From: Candidatus Altimarinota bacterium
GTDB taxonomy: Bacteria; Patescibacteriota; Gracilibacteria; BD1-5; UBA2023
Length of the DNA stretch: 43,047 nt
Direction of reading: 5' to 3'
Assembly: GCA_031423995.1 (NCBI GenBank)
Contig: JANPGO010000060.1
Coordinates: forward strand, 1-43,047
Shown here: positions 10,223 to 22,800 of the stretch, in pieces
How the letters are laid out: every line of letters begins with the position of its first letter
Position numbering within the stretch: position 1 is the stretch's first letter
Position numbers and translations under genes: made by a program
Notes under the pieces: generated by a model
Database searches by the model: none
What the model saw: the letters and a program-made list of their open reading frames with translations, nothing else
Told to the model about the DNA's origin: nothing

Positions 10223-11737
10223 ATGCACGCACTCAATATCGCCTTCGATGGCAAGAGCTCATCTGAACTCAAGGAATTCATCTCAAAAAACAGAGAATTA
10301 TTCTCATCATGAGGGATCCATATCAAGGTCAATGACCTCCTCTCAGAGATCGGGATCGAGTGACTGAAGTTGCTCGCTTGAGAAATCCGGGATGAAACCT
10401 GAATCGATATCATCTGGATGATCGATGGGAAATGGTACGATATCCCGAATACCGTTGCGAACTATGCGAAGAGACTCGATGGACTCGATGTCGCATACTA
10501 CACCGTCCATGCGAGTGGATGAAGAGAGATGATCCAGGCAGCGAAAAAAGCAGCACCAAATACCAAGCTCCTCGCCATCACGATCCTCACCTCGATGCAG
10601 GATGATGAAGTAGTAGATATATATGATGCCAATCGTGCAGATTCTATCCTCCGCCTCGCGAAGTCAGCACTTGCAGCTGGTGCAGACGGGCTTGTCTGTT
10701 CGCCTGCAGATGCTCCGATGCTCAGGGAAGTATTCGGTTATGATTTTCTCCTCGTCACTCCGAATATTCAACGTGAATGAATAGAAAGAAAAGATGATCA
10801 GAATCAAGCTCTCACGAATACTCCACGCGGCGCGATCGAGAATGGTGCCTCAGATATTGTCGTTGGACGACCGATCCTCACGGCAGAGAATCCTGGAGAA
10901 GTCATACGAGAGACATTGGAACAAATGGATGCTGCTCAAGCCCCAATGAGAAGGGGGGAAGTCTGCCATAGCGGACAGGGGGGTTCTGTTTCTAGTCCAT
11001 TCGCCTTCGAAAAACTCCTCCACACTGGAGACTGGGAATCAGTCCTGAAATACATCGGTGCTATCTATATACGACCTATGTGAGGGAAATATGTCCGCTA
11101 TACAAGTGGTCTCATTGCCGATGCTTATACCAATATGGGCGTTCCAGAGAGAGACTATCGTGTACTGCATCGAGTCTGACATGATATCGCAGGACAACTC
11201 CATCAGGCGCACATATCCCCTGACTGAGTCATCGGTGCCCAGATGGGATCTGTCCGTCTCTCACTGTCACTTGCAGAGGCACTCAGTATCCCGGAAAGTC
11301 TCTATACAGAGAAGGATGGTGATAGCATGCTCCTGAAGCGACATGAACTCGGGGATGATGGGCTCAAGGGAAGGAAGATCATCCTCTCAGAAGATGTCAT
11401 CACGAAGGGTTCGACGATAGCGAAAATGATCGAAATCGTAAAAAATGGTGGTGGGGAAGTCGTCGCTGTTACCTGTATCGTGAATCGAAGTGGGAAGGAT
11501 AATTTCGACGGAATACCACTCTTCCACTGCTACACACCAGCACCATTCCAGATGTGGTGGGATGAGAAAACACTCGAAAAAACCCGAGCCAATGAACAGG
11601 CAACAGGGAAATCACCAGAAGAGATCGAAGCTATCATCACAGCACTCCAGTCGAAGTATCCGAGACTCCCATCCGATGCAGAGATATCTGAGAAGCCAAA
11701 AAATGAATGGAATGAACTCGTAAGAAGTATGAGATAA
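10223..11737 (+). CDS. pyrF-pyrE: Fused orotidine-5'-phosphate decarboxylase / orotate phosphoribosyltransferase (504 aa)
   Basis: DGKWYDIPNTV, TVHASGG, LLAITILTS, IVVGRPI in the N-terminal half; IILSEDVITKGSTI PRPP-binding loop in the C-terminal half; no TAA/TAG between them. Confidence 0.92.
10941..10985. repeat. Family B half-element in the PyrF-PyrE linker
   Basis: CCCCAATGAGAAGGGGGG-GTCTGC/GCGGAC hairpin-GGGGGGTT, same layout as 670-721 and 39449-39484. Confidence 0.7.
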
Positions 11738-11746
11738 CTCACCAAT

Positions 11747-12487
11747 ATGCTCGAATTCCAAATATTTCTCATCGCCCTCATATCGTCATTTCTCTGACAG
11801 ATTGTTACCTGAATCACTTCAGCCCTTTCAGTGAGTGTGCTGATCCTTCTCGGGATCCCTGTGCAGATCGCAAAAACAACGTACCAGATAGGAAATGTCT
11901 GAGTCAATCTCTGAGCCCTCTTTCCACTCCTGAAGAGTCAGAGACTCAGAAAAGATATTATTATCCCACTCTTTCTCGTTGCTCTCGTCTGAGGATATAT
12001 ATGATGAAATATACTTATCACGCTTCCGACTGATATCCTTCTAAAACTCACTGGTATATTCATGATGAGCATGCTCGTAGTAAATATATTCTCGAAATCA
12101 CTCTGAGTTATCACAAAAGAAGTGACAAAGTGAAGAAAGTATACTGGATTCATAGCATATTTTCTTCTGAATATATTCTACTCAGTTTTTCCTATAGGAA
12201 CATGAGTACTATTTCAGGCACTCCATACTTTTTTCTTCCGTGTGACCAATCTCGAAGCTCGACTTATCGGATGTGTTCTCACAACTCCTTTCGCGATTGG
12301 ATTCATCTTCCCAGTGATCACTTCAGGACTCTACAATATCTCATATATGATACTCTTCACGGTATGAGGATACCTCGGGTGATATCTCGGTGCACATAGT
12401 GGGATAAAACTCTGAAATTTTTGGCTCAAGAGAATGCTCATGATATGACTCTTTGCAATCGGTACATACTTTCTTCTTTTCGCATAA
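11747..12487 (+). CDS. TauE/SafE (TSUP) family membrane protein
   Basis: 246 aa, about 8 hydrophobic segments, LLGIPVQIAKTT and GGYLGGYLGA motifs; visible only with UGA=Gly. Confidence 0.8.
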
Positions 12488-12502
12488 TTTACTCATTTTT
12501 CT

Positions 12503-12937
12503 ATGATTCTCTCTTTCGGTTACGACCACGGCGCATACGATATTCATGCGACGACTCGAGCATTTCTCGAATCACTCGGTCACACGGTCATCGAGTACGG
12601 TGCAGAGGGGAGTGCATCGACTGATTTTTTTCCTGATTTTGCCCACTCAGTTGCTGAAGATGTCCTCTCATGACGGGCGGAATATGGGATCCTCGTCTGT
12701 GGAAGTGGGAATGGTATGGCGATGACCGCGAATAAACATCCGGGGATCAGAGCATGACTCGCATGGTCGCCTGAGATCGCGAGGCTTGCTCGATACCACA
12801 ATGATGCAAATATCCTCTGCCTCCCTGCTCGATTCATACCTATGGAAGAGCTTCAGTCATGTATTACGACCTTTCTCTCGACACCATTCGAAGGGGGTCG
12901 TCACTGCGGTCGAGTCGACAAAATCAATCTCCACTAA
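12503..12937 (+). CDS. rpiB: Ribose-5-phosphate isomerase B
   Basis: GYDHGA, GILVCGSGNGMAMTANKHPGIRA, ARYHNDANIL, FEGGRH. Confidence 0.96.
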
Positions 12938-12946
12938 TTTTCCCCT

Positions 12947-13822
12947 ATGCTCTATCTCCATCCACATTTTTCCCACATCCAGTCGAAGTATCCTGATGCG
13001 GAAATCGTCCGATTCGAGCAATTCTCTGATGGATGGCCTCGAATTTTTCTCGATGATAAAGAGAGGATTCGAAATGAGGAAATTACCTATATCGGTGATT
13101 TTCGGTATGTCGATGATTTCTTCGGACAACTCGCTTTCCTCGATGGACTCATGCGATACAGTCCTCGTTCTCTCCATATTCATGTGCCATTTTTTCCTGC
13201 GGCATCGATGGAGCGAGATACTCCATCAGGGGAACTCTCGATTGCCAATGTCTTCGCACGGGCACTCTGACTCATCGGAGAGAGGAAATCCGGACAGGTG
13301 TTTATCCACCTGTACGATATTCACGATGAACGAGAGATTTTCTATTTTCCACCGTCACTCCAGATCGTTCACCATACGACCACTGACAACTTCAAACAAC
13401 AAGTGCTCAGAGGAGCGAAGAAACCCATCATCCTCTTTCCTGATGCAGGAGCAAAGAAGGCTTTTTCACGATTCTTTATTGATTATGAAGTAGTCACTTG
13501 TGCAAAGGTACGTACCTGACCGACGACACTTGAGATGTACTTCGAATGAGGGAATCTCGAGGGTCGTGAAGTATTTATCATCGATGATCATATACGCAGC
13601 GGATGAACCCTCATTGAAGCGGCGAAATACGCTCGTGAGAAATGAGCTATTTCCGTCTCTGCATTTGCCCCCCATGCGGTCTTTGCTGAGTGAATGAAGC
13701 AAACTTTTCTCGATGCATTCGATAGTTTCTACACGACGGATACTATTCCACTCAATAGAGAACGATTCCAATGAATCACAAAAGCGCATGTCCTTGATTT
13801 TGCATCAGAACTCTCTCTCTAG
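12947..13822 (+). CDS. prs: Ribose-phosphate pyrophosphokinase, divergent
   Basis: EQFSDG, PFFPAASMER, YDIH, LFPDAGAKK, VFIIDDHIRSGGTL, HAVF, TTDTIP. Confidence 0.85.
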
Positions 13823-13824
13823 TT

Positions 13825-15687
13825 ATGACCTTCCTCCAGAAAGCAAAACGATTTTTCGAGCCACTCAAGGAAAGTAGACTTTTAGTTCTCCTTTCGGTTT
13901 TGAAATTTTCAACGTGGGCACTGTATGGACTTTTCTCTGTCTATATGATTAGAGAGTCCGTGAGACTTTTTTCCCTTTCTGATCTCCATTGACTCACTAT
14001 TCTCCTCTATGAATTTATCACATTCTCGATAGGGTATCTCTGTATCACATGGATATCTCGGAAAACGGATTGGCCATATCTCTACTATGCTATTGTAAAA
14101 TGGATCTATCAACAATACCTCCAAAAACTCTTTCTTATCGATGGGAATTATATAGAACGGATGGGGACAGGGAAGCTCATTGCTATCATCACTTCATGAG
14201 AAAAAGCATGGGTCGAATGACTCACAAATTTTATCAAAGAAGGAACTCGGATGATTATATTGACGAGTTTTATTTTCTATATATTTCTCCAAGTTCAGAT
14301 TCTCTACGGAGTAATATTTCTCATTGTTCTCATTGTTCTGCATATTGTTGTCGTGATTGCGGACCAATACGCTCACAGGTACCGTCGAATGCGAACAGAG
14401 AAAAAGAATGAATTCACTCGACAACTCGTCCGGATTATTATGTCTCGCAATGAGATCATACAGTGATCGAGAGCGAATGAAGAACTCACGAAAAATGCAT
14501 CACTCGTAGATGAGATCTGAATGACAAATATTGGAATCAATAATGCACTATTCTTTGTCTTCAACTCAGTCAGAGTCCTGACGATCAGCTTCAGAATTAT
14601 CCTCTTTCTCCTCATCATATTCACGGGTATTCGTACTTCGATGAATCCTGCTGATCTTGCTGGTATCCTTGCACTCTTTGTTGTATTTGAGAACTTTCTT
14701 CTGGATTCTGTGGAGTTCTACAAGAACTTCTCGAAAGAATTCTCTGATATTGAGAAAATATGGGAAATCATCGACACCGCTCCAGTCATGCGATGATACT
14801 CCACCTGATCCCCCTTCACTCCTGAGAACAAGAATATCGAGATAGAGCAAGTCACCTATGGCTACACTGAGTCTAAAGTCTTCTCTGACTTTTCTCTCAC
14901 CATCGAGAAAGGGAAGAAGACAGCACTCGTCTGAGTCTCAGGAGGAGGAAAGACTACACTGATCAAGCTTATTGCTGGATACCTCCATCCAGAATCTGGA
15001 AGTATCTCAGTCCTCGGGAATCCACTGGATTCTACAGCCCTGAAAACCTACTATCCTCATATTGGTTATCTCACACAAGATCCGAGCGTCTTCGATGGAA
15101 CAATCAGAGAGAACCTCATAAGTGCAGTTTCGAGTGTACCAGTCATGTCGACAGAGTCGTCTGTGCCTGTGACGACGACGAGACATCTTGCTCAGAAATG
15201 ACGAGAAAAAAAGCAAGATTTCTCCCTTCCCCTGAAACAAGTTCAGGGTTCGCTCGAAATGACAGATACACAGGGCCTCGAACAAAAACTGACACAAGCA
15301 CTTAAACTTGCCCACTGTGACTTCGTCTTCGAACTCGAGAAGGGTCTCGATACTGAGATAGGAGAACGAGGTGTCCGATTGAGCTGATGACAGAAACAAC
15401 GTCTTGCCATTGCGAAGATATTTCTCAAGGATCCAGAAATAATACTCCTGGATGAACCTACTTCAGCCCTTGACTCCTTCAGTGAAGAGAAGATTACAGA
15501 AGCACTGGGTAATCTCTTCGAGTGACGAACCGTCATCATCGTGGCTCATAGACTGCAGACCGTGAAGAAGGCAGATGATATCATCGTCATCGAGTGAGGA
15601 TCGGTCGTGGAACGATGAACACACACAACCCTCGTAGAACAGGGAGGGATTTATGCGAGGATGCTCGAGTTACAGAGTGGATTTTAG
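13825..15687 (+). CDS. ABC exporter, fused permease and ATPase (620 aa)
   Basis: N-terminal TM domain; [17 protein letters not shown] (both Gly are TGA), [16 protein letters not shown]. Confidence 0.93.
15142..15263. repeat. Family A empty element (MITE-like), in frame in the ABC ATPase domain
   Basis: GTCATGTCGA...TCGAAATGAC outer IR; GAGACATCTTGC/GCAAGATTTCTC inner IR; hairpins 15156-15176 and 15230-15248. Confidence 0.85.
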
Positions 15688-15786
15688 ATGAGGAAAAACT
15701 TGCTTTTTCCCGTTTTTCTATATCATTTGCAGAAAGAAACACCTCTTGTATTCTTCACTTTTCATTTACTTCTTCACTTTTTCCCT

Positions 15787-16224
15787 ATGGCAGAACGTTC
15801 ACTTATTATCCTGAAGCCTGATACAGTCCACCGTGGTCTCATCGGTCAGGTTCTCTCTCGCATCGAAGCTCGCGGACTCAAGGTCGTCGCGATGAAGATG
15901 GCAAAAGTCACGCAGGCAAAACTTGATGAGCACTATGGTCACCTCACGAGTAAGCCATTTTACCCTGAAATTGTTGCCTATATGACTATGGGCCCAGTGG
16001 TATTTCTCATCGTCGAAGGAGACAATGCTGTCGGTGGCATGCGCCAGCTCTGTGGTGCTACTGATCCTGCTCAAGCAGATATGGGAACAGTTCGTGCAGA
16101 CTTCGCACTCACGATCAGGTATAATCTCATCCATGCTTCTGACTCCGTCGAGAATGCTACGGCAGAGATCGCACGATTCTTCGCTGAAGATGAAATCTGT
16201 GGGTATGAGAGAAAAGTTATCTAA
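15787..16224 (+). CDS. ndk: Nucleoside diphosphate kinase
   Basis: ERSLIILKPD, GATDP, GTVRADF, NLIHASDS. Confidence 0.97.
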   Translation: MAERSLIILKPDTVHRGLIGQVLSRIEARGLKVVAMKMAKVTQAKLDEHYGHLTSKPFYPEIVAYMTMGPVVFLIVEGDNAVGGMRQLCGATDPAQADMGTVRADFALTIRYNLIHASDSVENATAEIARFFAEDEICGYERKVI

Positions 16225-16239
16225 TTTCAGAAAATAATA

Positions 16240-16602
16240 ATGCAAAAATTAGAGGCAACGATTCCTACAATTATATCTGTCTTGAGAGAAGCTATTAAGA
16301 AGAAATATATTGTATTAGGACTAATAATTGTGGTTTCTATTAGTGCATATATCATTACGCACACTGAATTAAATGATGGATTAAGTTGCATCACCCTATT
16401 GGACAATAATGCTCATGACCCATCATATAATGACTATTCGTGTTTTTCTATAAAAAATTCTCTCCAGTGCTGGCTGTGAATATGACGATATGTGTTTGAC
16501 GGACAAATGGGCTCCATTAGTTGCAGAGATTCATATTGGACTAATGAGTGTTGATTCTGATGTATGTATTATAGAATAATTGGTTTAATTCTTAGGAAAT
16601 AA
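16240..16602 (+). CDS. Hypothetical protein with N-terminal TM helix and Cys-rich domain (120 aa)
   Basis: AT-rich ORF open through TGA codons to TAA 16600-16602. Confidence 0.6.
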
Positions 16603-16603
16603 C

Positions 16604-17671
16604 TTGCGCTCTTCTAACAACTACACGACATCATTATTCTGTGTTCTCGCAGATCCTCGAGAAACTCGAAGAGTCGACACTTACTTGTCGGCTCTTTTTC
16701 CTGAGAAATCACGCAGCTACATCCAGAAGATGATCGAGGAGGGGAATATCACGGCGAATGGAGAACATTTCACGAAGAATAAGAAGATCTACCGTGGAGA
16801 TCTGATCGAGATGCGATGGAAAGTAGAAGCGATGCATCTCGAAGCAGAAGACCTTCCGATCGATATCGTCTATGAGAATGACGATTTCGCGATTATCAAT
16901 AAAGATGCTGGTATGAATACCCATCCAACACCAGGTGAAGATGGAAGAAAGGGAACTCTCGTGAATGCGCTTCTCTACCATTTTAAAAAACTTCCTCATC
17001 CCCCAGCCCCTTCTCCTTCAGAGAAGGAGGGCGACTACTACTATTATCCAATATCTTCTGAATGAGAAAGTATAGATAATGAGAAAACCCTCTCCTTTAG
17101 GAGAGGGCAAGGGTGAGGTAGTATTATCAATTGAGTTGAACGACCAGGTATCGTTCATCGATTGGATAAAGACACAAGCTGACTCATCATCATCGCGAAA
17201 AATGATCGTTCGATGCATGCACTCCAACTCAAGATCGCCAAGCGCACGATTGAAAAGACCTATCTTGCTCTGGTCACCGGAAGAGTGAAAGATCAGGAGG
17301 GGTATATCGAATCTTTTATCGGGCGTGATCCCTATGATCGAAAAAAAATGACTGTAGTCAATCCTGTCAATCCAAAAATCGCTAAAACGAAATTTATCAA
17401 TAGATGATATTTTGCCTCAAAATACACACTTCTCGAAGTTGATCTCCTCACTGGACGAACTCACCAGATCCGAGTCCACCTTGCCTCTATTGGATTTCCC
17501 ATTCTCGGTGATAAGATCTATGGAAATGAGAAGATGAACAAAGAGGCGCAAGAAGAATACGAACTGACTCGTCAATGGCTCCATGCATGGAAGCTCCGGT
17601 TCATGCTCTTCGGTGAAGATTTCCTATTCGAATGACCGCTCAAAGACGATCTCAAGAAAGTCATCGAATAG
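16604..17671 (+). CDS. rluD: RluA/RluD-family pseudouridine synthase
   Basis: S4 domain (RVDTYL...SRSYIQKMI), [39 protein letters not shown]; TTG start approximate. Confidence 0.93.
16994..17118. repeat. Family C element, in frame in rluD
   Basis: CCTCATCCCCCAGCCCCTTCTCC...CCCTCTCCTTTAGGAGAGGGCAAGGGTGAGG; same ends as 1398-1489. Confidence 0.85.
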
Positions 17672-17754
17672 GTTTCAGTTTTTCCATATTTTTCATATAC
17701 TAACGGTGGCTTTTCTGTACTCATTTTATTTTGCTTCAATCTCAAAACTCAATA

Positions 17755-18117
17755 ATGAATCTCCGTCAAAAGCGTCTTGCAGACGCCATACGCAACTATG
17801 CAAGCGAATCGATACTCCTCTTCGAACAGATGCAACCCCATACTTTTGGGATTATTTCTGTCACGATGGTTGATATCAGTCCTGACTACTCCTATGCCGA
17901 TATCTATCTCTCTGCCCAATCTGATGAAAAAAAGCTTCCTCATTTTATCGCTCCAATAGCGCATGATATAGAACGATATATCGGGAAGACCTTCTCTTTG
18001 AGAAAGACTCCCCACATCCGATTCAAGCTCCAAAAAGAAGCATCAAAAGCAACAAATGTCCTAGAACTTATCAACACCCTTGACCACCAATATGGACTTT
18101 CTCAGATGGATTCGTAG
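17755..18117 (+). CDS. rbfA: Ribosome-binding factor A
   Basis: RQKRLADAIR, ISVTMVDISPDYSYADIYLS, LRKTPHIRF. Confidence 0.88.
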   Translation: MNLRQKRLADAIRNYASESILLFEQMQPHTFGIISVTMVDISPDYSYADIYLSAQSDEKKLPHFIAPIAHDIERYIGKTFSLRKTPHIRFKLQKEASKATNVLELINTLDHQYGLSQMDS

Positions 18118-19156
18118 CTTCTCGAAAAAATATAAAAATCGTGGATTTCAGACGGAAGTGAAGCGTGAAAGAGAACAAAAATATCTCTTTCGTGATACCT
18201 GACCCGTTCTCCAGACAAAACGATGAGGGATTTTTCGTGAAAAAAAACGTGCACTCAAGCCCTTCACGAACTTCTTCCAAGAGAGTATTCTCGATAAAAC
18301 TTCATCTTTTTTCGAAGATCAGAGACTTCTTTGATATATTGGAATTATCCTCATATTTCTCTGTGGATATATTTTCTTTTTCTCATCATACTTCCAGATA
18401 TCACCATCCAAAGTCCTTATAGGATGAGAAGAAGGAAATGAAGGAATCGATATCAATATTGCCTATCGTGCCATAGAGGATATCTATGGGAAGAACGTAT
18501 TTCTTTTTGACGAAAGTGCTGTTGCACTCAGTCTGAAAAGATACCAGAACAATATCGAAAAAGTGAGTATCGAACGACTCTACCCAAACTGACTCAAAAT
18601 CATACTCAAAAGCTTTCCTATTCTCTACAAGGCAAGTATTAGTAGTCGGATCAACAAGTACTGGTGACTCTCAGCGAATGGTGTGCTCGTACCCCTTGCG
18701 AAAGAAAAAATTGATTCTCTTCCTTCTTTTGAAATACATGCGAATCTGAGTGAGGATGAGCTTCTAGATTACAAAAATATCATCAGTGAGACCCGCCTTA
18801 CTGCAATGAACAAAGTGCTCGAAATCTTCAAACAAGAATGGACTGATATCCATCTCTGAAAATTTCGATACCTCACAGAAGAGAATGAATTCCATATTAG
18901 TCTCGAAAAAGGATGAAAGATTCTTTTTGCACTTCAAGATTTCTCAATTGATAGCACTAAGACAACCGTTGACTTGTATGCAAACCTCAAAAATCAGATC
19001 CTCACACTCAAAGCATATCTCAAAGAGAATCGTCCAGTACTTGAGAGTGATACACTCTCATATATCGATGTGCGTATTCCTGGAAAGATATTTCTCTGTC
19101 GAGTCAAAGATATTTGTGCGAAAAATCTCATTACCGTTTATTGAGAAAATTATTAA
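18092..19156 (+). CDS. FtsQ/DivIB-like POTRA-domain membrane protein (354 aa)
   Basis: Basic N-terminal tail, one TM ending FFSSYFQI, GKNVFLFD, IEKVSIERLYPNGLKI, C-terminal YIDVRIPGKIF. Confidence 0.75.
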
Positions 19157-19161
19157 TAATT

Positions 19162-19815
19162 TTGTTCACAGATTCTGATCTCAGTCACATCCTCAGTATA
19201 CTCGTAGAGCTCTATGGATGAAAGAAAATAGAGCTCAATTACGAAACGCCATTTCAGCTTCTCTGTGCTGTTATCCTCTCGGCACAAACAACTGATAAGC
19301 AAGTTAATCGAATTACACCACCATTTTTTGCACTGGTTCGGGAAGCATGAGATGTAGAAGATCTCTCTCTTGAAGCCATCGAGTCACATCTTCGATATGT
19401 GAATTTTTATCGAAATAAATCAAGATACATAAAGGAAACTGCTTCTCGTCTTGCCCGTGAATACAATGGATGCATTCCCAATGAACTCAAACTCTTGCAA
19501 ACTTTTCCAGGTATTGGCATCAAAACGGCCAAGGTAGTTCTCTCGGTCCTCTATGATATGCCGTATGTAGGTGTAGATACCCATATTCATCGTGTGATGA
19601 ATCGTCTTGGAATCGTCATGACAAAAACCCCAGAACAAACTGATAAAGCAATCGATGCGATCTTTTCTCAGGAACAGAAACGAGTACTTCATCATCCAAC
19701 AGTGCTTTTTTGACGGTATACCTGTACAGCGAGGAATCCAAAGTGTAGTACTTGCAAACTCAAAAAATGGTGTACATATTATCATGCACACCATAAGGAG
19801 AAGACTGAAGACTAG
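19162..19815 (+). CDS. nth: Endonuclease III
   Basis: PFQLLCAVILSAQTTD, PGIGIKTA, VDTHIHRV, CTARNPKCSTCKLKKWC [4Fe-4S] motif; TTG start. Confidence 0.95.
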
Positions 19816-22800
19816 AAGCTCAGTTGCCCGAGGAGAGCATCGAGCGAAGGATCTGAGGATAGATCTGTTGATCCGTTCAATTGATTTCTCGAAGTTGAGC
19901 TAGATGGTGCGGAATTCAGATCTCGATTTGTCATCTCTTCATACATTCTCTGATGGAATTTGAGAATTCTGAGAGCATACTCTTTCGTGAGAGTCAATCG
20001 TACATCTCCATTCGTCGAAACAAGTTGTATTTGAATAAGAGCGTTGTCTATTGCTCATACCGGATCATTTGAAGTTTCTGCTTCTCAGAGAACATGACGA
20101 ATAATGGCTCTCAGATACACAGCTGTATCATCTACGAGGGAAAGTCTTGGGAGCATAGTCTCAAGTGCCGATTGAGCAGAGGTTACTGTTTCGCTTGGAG
20201 TTATAGTGAGCTGATCTGGATGATTGATTTTGAGTCCTGATGCCGTGAGTTCACGATTCATAAGGAGAAGCTGGGAAGCGAGTCCTGTAGAATCATTTGC
20301 CATAGTGAAGACCGTACCATTAATTGTCTGATGCTGTTGTATTCCTGGTGTATTTGGTGCAGAAGTGAATGTATCACCTCCCGAAACTGCACTACTCGAT
20401 CCACCTCAACCACCGCCATTTCATACAATCGGACCTTGAATGATCACTGCCTGTGTTGGATCAATGGTCCTAATAGTCACCATTCCAGTACTACTCGTAA
20501 GGAGACCATCTGAAACGGTATACGTAAATGAATCACTTCCAAAGTACCCAATCGTCGGAGTATAGATAAACGATCCTGAAGCATTAAATACGAGTATCCC
20601 GTGTGATGGACTTCCTATCTGTGCATAGCCAGTAATGACACTATCAACATCTGTTCAGAAAAGCATACCACTGAGGACATTTCCAGAATTTGATACTGTA
20701 TTGCCTGTCATATTGTATGCGACATTATTCGCAATTGGTGCATCATTCACTGGGAGGACAGTGAGTGTAACTGTCTTTGATGCTGAAGAGAGTGATCCAT
20801 CTGTTACATGGTAGGTGAATGAGAGTATTCCATTGTAGTTCAGTGCTGGAGTGAAATTCACTGTTCCAGAAGACTGAAGTGAGAGTGTTCCTGTAGCAAC
20901 TGAGGTATCAAGAACATATGTGATCGGATTGCCATCAGGATCACTGCCAGAAAGTGTGAAAACCTTCAGTGTATCTTCGTTGGTGGTAAATGAACCACTC
21001 AAAGCTACCGGTGCAGTATTGGTTGCATTTGCACTCATCGTGATATTCACAACAGCGGGATTACTATTCGCGATTCCGTCATTTGCTACATAGGAGAATG
21101 TATCACTACCGACATATCCGACATTTGGAGTATAGGTGAACACCCCTGAAGCAGTCATAGAAAGTATTCCATTTGACGGCAATGCTGCTGAAGTAAAGCT
21201 AAAGGTAACACTATCAATATCTGTCGCTGTTCCTGTGAATATAAGGTTGTGGGTATTGTCAGCAATAATATTTCCTGTGATGGTAAAGCTTCCAGATGCA
21301 GCAATTGGTGCATCATTGACTGGAAGAACATCAATCGTAACGGTCTGGATTGGAGAAGGGAGGAGTCCATCTGTTACATGATAGGTGAATGAGAGTGTTC
21401 CATTATAATTCAGAGCCGGAGAAAAATTCACGGTTCCAGAAGATTGGAGAGAGAGAATGCCTGAAGGTGTTGATGTATCAAGTACATAGGTCACTCCATT
21501 TCCATCTGGATCACTGCCTGAGAGTGTGAAGCTCACTAGAGTATCTTCGTTGGTGACGAAGGAACCGCTGGAAGCGAATGGTGCAGAATTGATACCAGAA
21601 ATCATGAAGTCTACTGTTCCAGTATTTGAAACTGCCTGTCCATCATCAATTCTGAAGGTAAATGAATCAGTTCCTGTGTATCCATAGGCTGGAGTATATG
21701 CATAGATCCCTGTACTCGTCATATTGAGGAGTCAGTGAACTGGAAGGGTTGATGCAGCATACGTGAGAATCATGCTATCGATATCTGAACCTGAGAGTGT
21801 TCCGGTGAAAGTATTTCCACTACTTGCATAGGAATTTCCAGCAATAGTATGGGAAGCATTGTAAGCAACTGGTGTATCATTGACTGGAGTGATCGTCAGA
21901 CTTATTGAGGCAGTATTTGAGTCATAGAGACCATCATTGACATGGAAACTAAAGGAATCAGATCCATTGTAGTTCGGATTTGGAGTGTAGATAAACCCTC
22001 AAGTTCCATTCAGAGAGACTGTTCCGCTTGTTGGAAGAGAGTTGAGAATATAGGTGAGTGTGGCACTCTCTGGATCAGCAGCAATAAATATTCCTGTCAA
22101 TGAAGTATCCTCACTGAGAGAAAGAGAAGCTCACGTCGCTACTGGTGGAGTGTTCGATGGAGCTACAGTCAGTGTGACCGTCGCGAGATTCGAAATGAGT
22201 GAAGTCTCATCGACGAGACGGTAAGAGAGTGAATCGCTACCAGAATATCCCGTGTTCGGTGTGTAGAGAAATCCTGAAGCTGTAGGAGAAATGCTTCCAT
22301 TGGTAGGATTCGAGAATCCAGTGAGTGTCAACTGCCCTGAGAGAGAATCGACATCATAATCATTATTCATGACCGGAACAAAGAACGATGTGTCTTGAAC
22401 AAGTGAGAATGCATCATTGACTACAACTGGCGCATCTGGGACAGAAGTGATATTGAAATCGATATTGGCTCATGAAGAATAGGCAGAACCATCGAACACT
22501 CGATAGATGAACGTATCAGTTCAATTATAGTTCAGTGTCGGCGTATAGCTAAAGGATGATCCTATAAGTGAAACGGTTCCATGAAGCGGAAGGGTACTCA
22601 CAGTGAATGATAGGGTATCAGGATTGATGTCAGTTCATGAGAGTGTTCCCATAAAGTTAGTATCCTCATTTGTCACGTAGACAGCTCCAGAGTCTGTCGG
22701 AGGGGTATTCGGTACACTGACGGTGATATTGACGGTTCCAGTGTTCGAAAGAGCTCCACTCTGATCCTGAAGAGAATAAGTAAAACTATCAGGTCAGATA

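Noticed and set aside
20731-21560. Internal repeats read as a DGR template/variable pair
   Set aside because: Differences are not adenine-specific, both copies are coding Ig repeats, and no reverse transcriptase is present
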